From: Candidatus Woesearchaeota archaeon
Lineage (GTDB): Archaea > Nanobdellota > Nanobdellia > Woesearchaeales > JAGVYF01
Length of the DNA stretch: 64,000 bases
Reading direction: 5' to 3'
NCBI GenBank assembly: GCA_023264635.1
Contig: JAHFLT010000004.1
Location: 5,991-69,990 of the forward strand
The notes under the pieces were generated by a model. That model did not search any database. It had not been told where the DNA came from and saw nothing but the letters and a program-made list of their open reading frames with translations. This document shows, piece by piece, positions 17,585 to 25,651 of the stretch. The position numbers were made by a program, and so were the translations under genes. Position 1 is the first letter of the stretch, and each line of letters begins with the position of its first letter.

Positions 17585-19051
17585 ATGAAAAAAACCCTTG
17601 TAGCATTAGTTCTGGGGAGCACCTTGCTCGCCGGTTGCGGACCAAGAACATATGAAACTGAATTAAGAGATATTTTACAAAAGGAATATAGTATGACTCC
17701 TGAAGAATCAGAGGTAGGCGTTGTAGGCGGTCTGCGTCCGAAGTACGGAACGCATGAGGAAAAGGCTGGGAAAGACAAATGGCAGCCTAATTATGAGTCT
17801 GTTACTATAGATCAAAGGATTAAGCAGCACAAACAAATGGCTGAAGATTTAGACATGATCCTTAGCTTTAAGAATAAAGAAAACACGCAACTTGTGGAAG
17901 AATTCCAGATTAGGGAACAGCTTGAGCAAGACGAAAAAGCCATCCTCTTTAATCTAAACAAACTGAATTTGGTTTCATTATACCAACAATTCGGGAAGCT
18001 TATGGGATTAAACGAAGAAGAGGCGCAAAAAGTGGATGAGGCGATGCTGATTTATCCCTTAGCTCCGCTGGAAGAACAGCTAAAATTTGAGGCAAAATAT
18101 GTAACCGAAGCAAGGAAAACAAACCAGCTGACAGTAGTTGATGATTTACTTCTCGGTTATAAGTATAATGTTGAAATACCCAATCCAGCATATCCCGAGG
18201 TTGACAAAACACATCAAACAGTCTGGCAAACAAAGCAGGTGCTCCTCAGAATAGTGAGTTATGATGTCGACTCACCTATTGATCATAAAACAGATTATAT
18301 GGAAGTCTTTCGCGGGAATGAGAAACAGCCAGCTATGAAAATATTCCATTCCGCATCTTCAAATGCACTGGACGTAGCAGTCATTGATTATGATCGTGAA
18401 GGTGAGAGGGGATACGGCATTCCTGATGAAGTGATAAATGTGTCAAACTTCACTAGAGCCATAGAACTGTTTGATAATGGACGGAACCACCTTGAAAAAC
18501 TTTTTCAGGAGCGGAAAAAACAGAGCAGGGTGCGTCCACAGGAGAAGGAGATGAACATCACCATCGTACGTGTTGGTGAGCTAAAGGATGAGCCATGCGA
18601 ACAAAACCTCATCGATGGGTTTTCTGTGCCATTCGAGTATATGCAAAAGGATGGAAAAAACTACACAGTGGCATATAAGGTGAAATCGTTGAAGGACGAT
18701 GACAAGGAATTTTCATGGACAGCAAGGAGATATAGGATTCCGAATAGTATGTCTGAGGATGTTGTCGGCAGAGTAGTCGCATACTATAAAATTAAGCCGG
18801 AATATCGATCACACATCGAGAACGTTATTGTCGATGGGCAAAGGATGACTATCAGCCGTACTGGTCTGGTGGATGTAGCAGGACCAGACAGCTTATTCCT
18901 TGAGAAAGAGCCATATCGCATCACGTATGATTTCGGGCAAAGCAGATACTCTATAGAAGACAAAGACAACAAATTGCCTAAATACGAATCCAGATGCGAG
19001 CATGCAAAGCCCATGTTCCATGAGCTTGACACTTTGGAAAAAGAGAAGTAG
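17585..19051 (+). CDS. lipoprotein, unknown function
   Basis: MKKTLVALVLGSTLLAGCG contains the lipobox L-A-G-C. The ATG lies 5 nt after the upstream stop and is preceded by AAAAGGTGA. Confidence 0.6.
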   Translation: MKKTLVALVLGSTLLAGCGPRTYETELRDILQKEYSMTPEESEVGVVGGLRPKYGTHEEKAGKDKWQPNYESVTIDQRIKQHKQMAEDLDMILSFKNKENTQLVEEFQIREQLEQDEKAILFNLNKLNLVSLYQQFGKLMGLNEEEAQKVDEAMLIYPLAPLEEQLKFEAKYVTEARKTNQLTVVDDLLLGYKYNVEIPNPAYPEVDKTHQTVWQTKQVLLRIVSYDVDSPIDHKTDYMEVFRGNEKQPAMKIFHSASSNALDVAVIDYDREGERGYGIPDEVINVSNFTRAIELFDNGRNHLEKLFQERKKQSRVRPQEKEMNITIVRVGELKDEPCEQNLIDGFSVPFEYMQKDGKNYTVAYKVKSLKDDDKEFSWTARRYRIPNSMSEDVVGRVVAYYKIKPEYRSHIENVIVDGQRMTISRTGLVDVAGPDSLFLEKEPYRITYDFGQSRYSIEDKDNKLPKYESRCEHAKPMFHELDTLEKEK

Positions 19052-19089
19052 CAGAAACATTTAAAGAAAACAAAATCATTACGATTGTA

Positions 19090-20637
19090 ATGGTAAACGG
19101 GTACGCTGAACTGAAAGTAGCTTTTCAGAAAGTAAGAAAAGCCCTTGGATACCCTCCACTACGTCTTCCTGTCTTCGTGGATAGCAAGGGAACAGCCTGT
19201 ATATCTTTTGACAAGGATTACCATGAGATAGAAATCAGCACTCCTTTCTTAGAAGAGCTTGTCAAGAAGGGTCTCCTTCTTGATACAGCACTTGAAGGCA
19301 TCCTTAAGCATGAGGTAAACCATTACAGCAAGCACCCATATGACTGTAAAACAATACTTAAGGAGATGCTTTGGCTTGACAAATATGGTGAGAAGAAAAA
19401 TGCGATTCGTCTGCATTATGACGATGTCATAGATAATCTTGATCTTATTGTAAACAAAGGAGATGTCAGTATTCCTCAGCTTTATCAACATATGGACCAC
19501 CGTAATAGTCAGATGATGCAGCTGATGATGGTGTATTATCAAGAAGTGACGGGATGCCATTTTGGTGTTGAAAAGAAAAATCTTCCTCAAAATCTGCAGG
19601 AAAAGGTGATGCAGCTTAAGCGCATCGATTTCCTAGACACCAGTCACATGAAGGCAAATATCCTCCGCTTCGCATTCATTGTTCACGACATAAAAGATAT
19701 GGATCCCCCACCGATGGCAGAATATGAGATTTCAGAAATGGATGTACAGGATTTAGAGCACGCAATTAAACAAGTTGCTAAAGAGCACGACATCTCGCAG
19801 GAAGATTTCAGGAAGCTGCTCAAAATGGTAGAAAAAGAACTAAACAAAAACCAGAAAGCAGTTGGTGAAGGCAGAAAGGAGTTCCTCATTAAGCTCCAGA
19901 AAGCAAATATATTTTATTATGAGTCTCTTGCCCAGAAATATACGCTCAGCATAAAGAAGTTTCTCCATCTAAAAGGAGGTGGCATGTTCCCGACAGAGTT
20001 AAGGCAATTTGAGTTTGATGATGATGTTGCTTCCTATGACCCTTTCAATAGTTATGGCAAGCTCGCTCCAGACCCAAAGAAATGGGTGTACGACGATTTC
20101 ACTAGCTTTGGAAGTAAGGAAAAGGTTCCCAATGCGCTCCTGATTTTAGACTCCTCAGGTTCTATGCCCAATCCTTCAGAGACACTTAGCTATGCTGTCC
20201 TTGCTTGCTTCTGTGCAGCCAATGCTTACCTCATGAATGGCTCTAAAGTTGGTGTAGTTAATTTCTCTAATACTAATCTGAGCGTCCCTTTCACAGAAGA
20301 TACAGTAAAAATATATGAAATGCTGGCTTCTTACCAAAGTGGCGGGACCACACTCCACATTCCCGACTTGGAAAAAGTGGTTGCAACCTCTAGTGACAAA
20401 ATAGATATTACCTTTGTAACTGATGCAGGTATATCTAATTTTGAAGAAGTAGTCAAGTACGTGGATGGCATTAAGAACATAAATCGTGTGACTTTTATAC
20501 GGCTTAAAGATAATTTTGCAGAAGGAGATAAAAATTTTACTGCCATGAAGAAGCACTATGGCAAGACAATATCCTTTCACGAAGTGGAAAAGCAAGAAGA
20601 TATCTTACCTATCATCTTAGGCAATGTGGGATGGTAA
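19090..20637 (+). CDS. zincin-like (HExxH) N-domain fused to a von Willebrand A domain (DUF2201-like architecture)
   Basis: ILKHEVNHYSKHPYD in the N-terminal half and LILDSSGSM (the DxSxS MIDAS motif) in the C-terminal half. Confidence 0.65.
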   Translation: MVNGYAELKVAFQKVRKALGYPPLRLPVFVDSKGTACISFDKDYHEIEISTPFLEELVKKGLLLDTALEGILKHEVNHYSKHPYDCKTILKEMLWLDKYGEKKNAIRLHYDDVIDNLDLIVNKGDVSIPQLYQHMDHRNSQMMQLMMVYYQEVTGCHFGVEKKNLPQNLQEKVMQLKRIDFLDTSHMKANILRFAFIVHDIKDMDPPPMAEYEISEMDVQDLEHAIKQVAKEHDISQEDFRKLLKMVEKELNKNQKAVGEGRKEFLIKLQKANIFYYESLAQKYTLSIKKFLHLKGGGMFPTELRQFEFDDDVASYDPFNSYGKLAPDPKKWVYDDFTSFGSKEKVPNALLILDSSGSMPNPSETLSYAVLACFCAANAYLMNGSKVGVVNFSNTNLSVPFTEDTVKIYEMLASYQSGGTTLHIPDLEKVVATSSDKIDITFVTDAGISNFEEVVKYVDGIKNINRVTFIRLKDNFAEGDKNFTAMKKHYGKTISFHEVEKQEDILPIILGNVGW

Positions 20638-20697
20638 ACCAAAGACGTTTGTCTCTAAAAAGGAACATTTTTAATGATTTTCTAACTCACTTGTGTT

Positions 20698-21363
20698 ATG
20701 GGCATTGATTTTTATATTGGCCTCTGCAAACCCGATGAGAAAAGGGAGATTACAGTAAAGCAAGCATTCGCAGACATTGTTTTCGAAGAGAAAGCAGTTT
20801 ATGTTGGGAAAAAGAAAATACTCTACACATTCGATGAAAGCCTGCTAGCGCTAAGAGAACGCGGCTACGAGCGCCACCCCCGGCCAGCAGAAGCGTTTGA
20901 ACTGATTTATAATGGTCTGGAAGGGAGGTTATCACCAGAACAGAAAGCAATCGCTGATGATATGACAAGCTATAATTATGGTGAATGGCTGAGCATAGCG
21001 GTGCTGCAGAAAGGAAATCTGTTACATTGTTATCTTGACCCAGAGAATCTCAAATGGGATGAGAAAGCGTGGAAGTATGTTACGCATGAAGGAAAATTGA
21101 AACACGCGGGAGAGGAAGTGTATTCCATTGGTTCATTGTGTGGATGTGTTTCCATTAAAGACGTGAACGAAATAAATCCTGCTTTGGTCGAGAAGCTCTG
21201 GTCTCGTCACTATGCGATATTGTCGGAAGAAGTTAAACAGAATGCGTGGATTTGGCTTCCATCAGAAAACGTCTTATGGCCTGTTAGTCGCGGAGACTAC
21301 AACAAATTTTTTATCCTCCCTTATATTAACCATTGGGCATCTCGCGGGGTACGTCAAAAATGA
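20698..21363 (+). CDS. hypothetical protein, tandem paralog 1
   Basis: 221 aa, with long blocks identical to the next gene at the nucleotide level. Confidence 0.6.
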   Translation: MGIDFYIGLCKPDEKREITVKQAFADIVFEEKAVYVGKKKILYTFDESLLALRERGYERHPRPAEAFELIYNGLEGRLSPEQKAIADDMTSYNYGEWLSIAVLQKGNLLHCYLDPENLKWDEKAWKYVTHEGKLKHAGEEVYSIGSLCGCVSIKDVNEINPALVEKLWSRHYAILSEEVKQNAWIWLPSENVLWPVSRGDYNKFFILPYINHWASRGVRQK

Positions 21364-22025
21364 ACATTGATTCCTATCTCGGTATAGGAAAACCCGATGA
21401 GAAAAAGGAGATTACAGTAAAGCCAGCTCTATCGGAGATTGTTTTCGAACCGAAAGTGATGTATGAAGGGAAAGTAAGAAAACTCTACACATTCGATGAA
21501 AGTCTGCGAGCACTACGAGAACGCGGCTACGAGCGCCACCCCCGTCCTGCGGAAGCGTTTGAACTGATTTATAATGGTCTGGAAGGGAGGTTATCACCAG
21601 AACAGAAAGCAATCGCTAATGATATGACAAGCTATAATTATGGTGAATGGCTGAGTATGGCGATGATGCGGGAAGGAAATCTGTTGCACTGCTATCTCGA
21701 CCCGGAGAATCTCGTGTGGGATGGGAAAATGTATTTCGTGCAAGGAGGAAAACTAAAACACGCTGGAGAAGAAGTGTATTCAATTGGTTCATTGCATGGG
21801 TATATTCCCATTAAAGACGTGAACGAAATAAATCCCGCTTTGGTCGAGAAGCTCTGGTCTCGTCATTACGCAATACTGCCAGAAGAGGTTAGACAGAATG
21901 CATGGGTGGGGCTTCTACCAGAGAATGTTTTGTGGCCAGTCAGTCGCGGCATCAACGATGGTTGGTATAATATGAACATATACTTTAACCTTAGGGCTTC
22001 TCGTGGGGTACGAAGAAATGCATAG
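21360..22025 (+). CDS. hypothetical protein, tandem paralog 2
   Basis: The ATG at 21360 overlaps the paralog-1 stop (ATGA). The protein begins MNIDSYLGIGKPDEKKEITVK and is collinear with paralog 1. Its last codons and stop lie inside repeat element A. Confidence 0.6.
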   Translation: MNIDSYLGIGKPDEKKEITVKPALSEIVFEPKVMYEGKVRKLYTFDESLRALRERGYERHPRPAEAFELIYNGLEGRLSPEQKAIANDMTSYNYGEWLSMAMMREGNLLHCYLDPENLVWDGKMYFVQGGKLKHAGEEVYSIGSLHGYIPIKDVNEINPALVEKLWSRHYAILPEEVRQNAWVGLLPENVLWPVSRGINDGWYNMNIYFNLRASRGVRRNA

Positions 22026-22121
22026 CATTCCAAAGAAATTCGTCACGAATTTCTTGGACCAAAAAAATGCAAAAGCATTTTTTTGGTTCTTATACAAGAA
22101 ATCTCTGCAGAGATCTCTTTG
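22012..22121. repeat. three-hairpin element, copy A (CAAAGAA/TTCTTG family)
   Basis: CCAAAGAAATTCG-TCA-CGAATTTCTTGG, ACCAAAAAAATGC-AAAA-GCATTTTTTTGGT and CAAGAAATCTCT-GC-AGAGATCTCTTTG. Roughly 85-90 percent identical to 37908-38015 by manual alignment. Confidence 0.8.
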
Positions 22122-22222
22122 TAACACTTCTTAAATAATCAGTGAGGTTATATTTTCTATATGGCCAATTAATATATTTTTCAGTAGCCATATGTAGCGT
22201 AATTGTACTTAGACCAAAGAAC

Positions 22223-22759
22223 TTATCTTGGCAAATAACACTTTCCTTTCAAAGAAGTCCTGATTTTATCCTTGCTCGTTACCATAAACCAATGCTGTTG
22301 CCCTCCATCATGCCACAATGGGAGTAATGTCTGTGTTGGCAGCACTTTACGGGTTGGCTTATAGGGATCATGCATGAAGAAATATTCTGACAAATACCCA
22401 AAAATAACAGAGTAGTGTCCATCTTTTGTATCAGGTTCCTGCCAATTTATGATGATGGGATAACCCCGGTTGATGAATGATTTGAGATGCCGTGGTTGGG
22501 CATTCTGCTTAACAAAACAATGATATCCTAGCGTTTGTACAGTACTTATTAGTTTTTCATGATTGGTTCCACCAAGAGGGGAGGATTTCGTATGTTTGCG
22601 CAGGCGTCTTTCCGCAATGTTTTCACCAAAGTAGTGCATAATCATTTTCAGAACAGCTGGCCCACATGTAAACTCTGTTTCTTGTTCAAAGTAAGGTACA
22701 GGTACCACAACAGGCTTCCGCGCTTGCTTCAAGAATTGGGTTGGCGACACGACTTGCAT
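22223..22759 (-). CDS. C39-like (papain-fold) cysteine peptidase domain protein
   Basis: 178 aa with ETEFTCGPAVLKMIMHYFG (Cys), DGHYSVIFGY (His) and MHDP (Asp), in the order expected for Peptidase_C39-like domains. Confidence 0.6.
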   Translation of the reverse strand: MQVVSPTQFLKQARKPVVVPVPYFEQETEFTCGPAVLKMIMHYFGENIAERRLRKHTKSSPLGGTNHEKLISTVQTLGYHCFVKQNAQPRHLKSFINRGYPIIINWQEPDTKDGHYSVIFGYLSEYFFMHDPYKPTRKVLPTQTLLPLWHDGGQQHWFMVTSKDKIRTSLKGKCYLPR

Positions 22760-22829
22760 GGGTAAGAGAATACTTTCCCGTCTTTAAGTAGTTTTTGTTT
22801 CACGCCCAAAACTATATAAATAACCTCAA

Positions 22830-22857
22830 TTAACTATAGTTAATTAACTATAGTTAA
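22830..22857. promoter_or_regulatory. two abutting perfect 14-bp palindromes TTAACTATAGTTAA
   Basis: 22830-22843 and 22844-22857 are identical, and each is self-complementary. They lie in the divergent intergenic region between the C39-like gene and the HTH gene. Confidence 0.8.
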
Positions 22858-22858
22858 C

Positions 22859-22871
22859 CATGATTATCATG
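22859..22871. promoter_or_regulatory. palindrome CATGAT-T-ATCATG
   Basis: Perfect 6-bp arms around a central T, directly after the 28-bp palindrome block. Confidence 0.6.
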
Positions 22872-22872
22872 T

Positions 22873-22901
22873 TATTACCATTTACCGTAGTTATGGTAAT
22901 A
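22873..22901. promoter_or_regulatory. inverted repeat TATTACCAT-N11-ATGGTAATA
   Basis: 9-bp perfect arms at 22873-22881 and 22893-22901. The right arm overlaps the AT-rich segment and GAGGTGA site ahead of the ATG at 22920. Confidence 0.65.
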
Positions 22902-22919
22902 TATGTATGAGGTGAACCA

Positions 22920-23315
22920 ATGCAAAAACTAGTCTATCCTGAAGAAGTTGAAGTGCATTACTTATTACCAGCCATACGGCGTCAGCTTGCACTTTTTCTT
23001 AAGGAACGTGGTCTGGGGCATGGAGAGATTGCACAGCTGCTCAAAATATCTGAGCCATCTGTCAGTCACTATGTGAAAGCAAAGAGAGCAACGAAGGTAA
23101 TCTTTTCTGGCGTAGAAAAAGATGAAATCAACAAAAGTGCTGAAAGGCTTGTGCAAAATAATCGACCGTTGGTAGAGGAAACAGCACATTTACTGCACGT
23201 CCTTAAAGAGAGTAGGTTCACCTGCAAAGTGTGCACAGAAGTTACCGATGCTCCAAAAGAATGTGTTGCTTGCTTCCAACACGGAGTTATTTTCCATGAA
23301 AGAGCTACAAACTAA
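22920..23315 (+). CDS. HTH transcriptional regulator with C-terminal Cys cluster
   Basis: GHGEIAQLLKISEPSVSHYVKAKR is a helix-turn-helix. The C-terminus carries CKVC...ECVAC (CxxC-N10-CxxC). Confidence 0.6.
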   Translation: MQKLVYPEEVEVHYLLPAIRRQLALFLKERGLGHGEIAQLLKISEPSVSHYVKAKRATKVIFSGVEKDEINKSAERLVQNNRPLVEETAHLLHVLKESRFTCKVCTEVTDAPKECVACFQHGVIFHERATN

Positions 23316-23483
23316 GACTAGTGAAAGTAAAACCACTGAAAACCCAAAAAAGACTAACGATTCCACCAGGACTAACGACCCAATACAGAAGATACTCAAA
23401 ATGTTAGAAGATTATGATGAAGATACCCCCCCCCGCAAAAATGTGATGGGTACTTGGGGAGAGTAAATACTTTGGAGAATAAA

Positions 23484-24245
23484 ATGAAACAGAATGTGGA
23501 ACAGGACGTGAAACAGGATACCCTTCTCCAGATAGATGATTTGTATGTTTCTGTGCAAGGGAAATCTATTCTGAAAGGAGTCTCCCTTACCATCAAGCCT
23601 GGAGAAATCCATGCAGTCATGGGTCCCAATGGTTCTGGAAAGAGCACATTATCTTATGTTTTATCAGGGCACCCTAAATATGCTGTTGACAAAGGCAAAA
23701 TCACCTATAACGGAAAGGATTTTGGTGCGTTATCTCCGCAGCAACGTGCAGCAGAGGGGTTTTTCTTGGCATTCCAATATCCCGTAGAAGTTCCGGGTGT
23801 TACTCTACGTCACTTCCTTTATACTATATGCAAACAACAGAAAAACAGTAGTCCTGCCCAGTTCAAGCAGTTACTACAGCCATGTATGGAGGCTCTTGGT
23901 TATGATATAACCTTCCTTGACAGACAGCTTAATGTAGGTTTCTCTGGCGGGGAGAAGAAACGTGCAGAAGTCCTTCAATTGCTTATGCTCAAACCGACAC
24001 TCGCTGTTCTGGACGAAACAGATTCAGGTTTGGATGTTGATTCTCTGAAGCTTGTTGCCAAAGCAGTTAATTCTCTTCGTAGCAAAGAATTCAGCGCTAT
24101 CGTCATTACACATTATCCCACCGTTCTTGAGTTTTTGAAGCCGGATTATGTGCATATCTTGGCAAGTGGTAAAGTAGTCGCATCCGGAGATGTGCAACTT
24201 GCTCATGAAGTCATGAAAGGAGGTTACCAAAAATGGACAAAGTAG
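23484..24245 (+). CDS. sufC: Fe-S cluster assembly ATPase SufC
   Basis: GPNGSGKST (Walker A), LSGGEKKR-like FSGGEKKRAE (ABC signature) and LAVLDETDSGLD (Walker B). The ATG at 23484 is preceded by GGAG. Confidence 0.9.
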   Translation: MKQNVEQDVKQDTLLQIDDLYVSVQGKSILKGVSLTIKPGEIHAVMGPNGSGKSTLSYVLSGHPKYAVDKGKITYNGKDFGALSPQQRAAEGFFLAFQYPVEVPGVTLRHFLYTICKQQKNSSPAQFKQLLQPCMEALGYDITFLDRQLNVGFSGGEKKRAEVLQLLMLKPTLAVLDETDSGLDVDSLKLVAKAVNSLRSKEFSAIVITHYPTVLEFLKPDYVHILASGKVVASGDVQLAHEVMKGGYQKWTK

Positions 24246-25651
24246 ACAAAGCGGAGTTGCAATTTTTGAATACTGATTATGAAGAGAAATATGGCTTCCG
24301 TGACCCAGAGCAATATGTCACTCGCACAGAAATAGGCATATCTGTGGAAATCATAAACGAGATGTGCCAGATAAAAGATGAGCCTGAGTATATGCGTCAG
24401 ATAAGATTGAAGGCGTTGCAGGTATTCCTGAGTAAGCCAATGCCACAATGGGGCGGAGACCTCAGTCAGATTGATTTTAGTAAGATCACTTATTATATCA
24501 AACCATCAGACAAGATGAGGAATAATTGGGAAGATGTGCCAGATAATATCAGAAAGACGTTTGAACGCTTGGGGATTCCTGAAGCTGAGAAGAAGTTTTT
24601 GGGGGGTGTAGGTGCTCAATATGAGAGCGAAAGTGTCTACCACAAGCTGCGCGAGGACTTGGAAGCGCAAGGAGTGATATTCACTGATATGAGTGAAGCT
24701 GTAAAGAAGTATCCAGACCTCGTTAAAAAATACTTCGGGACTGTTGTACCAATGGGGGACAATAAGTTTGCAGCACTAAACACTGCAGTATGGAGCGGTG
24801 GCTCTTTCATCTACATTCCAAAAGGAGTCAAGGTGACAATGCCTTTGCAAGCATACTTCCGTATCAATGCGCAGAATGTTGGTCAGTTTGAGCGAACACT
24901 CATTATTGCAGATGAAGGTGCAGAAGTATCATACATCGAGGGGTGCACCGCCCCAACATACTCAACCAACTCTTTGCATGCAGCAGTCGTTGAAGTGATA
25001 GCAGAGAAAAATGCAAAGATCCGCTACACAACTATTCAAAATTGGTCAAGTAATGTCTATAACCTTGTCACCAAACGTGCAGTCGCCCATGAGAATGCAG
25101 TTATTGAGTGGATTGATGGGAATTTAGGGAGCAAGCTTACGATGAAGTACCCAAGTGTCTATCTTGTGGGGGAAAATGCGAAAGCAGATATCCTTAGCGT
25201 TGCATATGCTGGTAATGGGCAGCATCAGGATGCTGGTGGAAAAGCAGTACATCTGGCACCTAATACAACGTCACGGATTATCTCAAAATCAGTAAGCAGT
25301 GGTAGTGGGAGGGCCAGTTATCGCGGACTTGTGCGTATAGCGAAGGGTGCTATTAATGCAACATCCACTGTGCGATGCGACGCTCTTTTGCTCGATGAAA
25401 AGGCACGTTCTGATACCTATCCTACAATGCAGATTGAAGAAGAGCAGTCTACAATAGGACATGAAGCATACGTTGGTAAGATAGGCGAAGAGCAACTATT
25501 CTATCTCATGTCTCGTGGGCTTTCTGAGCAGGAAGCAATGGCCATGATTGTCCTTGGATTCATTGCCGAGTTCACAAAAGAACTGCCAATGGAATATGCC
25601 ATTGAACTGAACAAGCTTATCCGGATGGAAATGGAGGGGTGTGCAGGATAA
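24233..25651 (+). CDS. sufB: Fe-S cluster assembly protein SufB
   Basis: 472 aa with typical SufB C-terminal blocks (HEAYVGKIGEEQLFYLMSRGLSEQEA). It overlaps sufC. Confidence 0.9.
   Translation: MDKVDKAELQFLNTDYEEKYGFRDPEQYVTRTEIGISVEIINEMCQIKDEPEYMRQIRLKALQVFLSKPMPQWGGDLSQIDFSKITYYIKPSDKMRNNWEDVPDNIRKTFERLGIPEAEKKFLGGVGAQYESESVYHKLREDLEAQGVIFTDMSEAVKKYPDLVKKYFGTVVPMGDNKFAALNTAVWSGGSFIYIPKGVKVTMPLQAYFRINAQNVGQFERTLIIADEGAEVSYIEGCTAPTYSTNSLHAAVVEVIAEKNAKIRYTTIQNWSSNVYNLVTKRAVAHENAVIEWIDGNLGSKLTMKYPSVYLVGENAKADILSVAYAGNGQHQDAGGKAVHLAPNTTSRIISKSVSSGSGRASYRGLVRIAKGAINATSTVRCDALLLDEKARSDTYPTMQIEEEQSTIGHEAYVGKIGEEQLFYLMSRGLSEQEAMAMIVLGFIAEFTKELPMEYAIELNKLIRMEMEGCAG

Noticed and set aside
23413-23460. 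ATGATGA and GTGATGG boxes near sufC, and ATGATGA at about 60988. I considered C/D box sRNAs because nop5 and fibrillarin are in the window.
   Set aside because: No matching CUGA D or D' boxes occur at the proper spacing, and there is no terminal stem.
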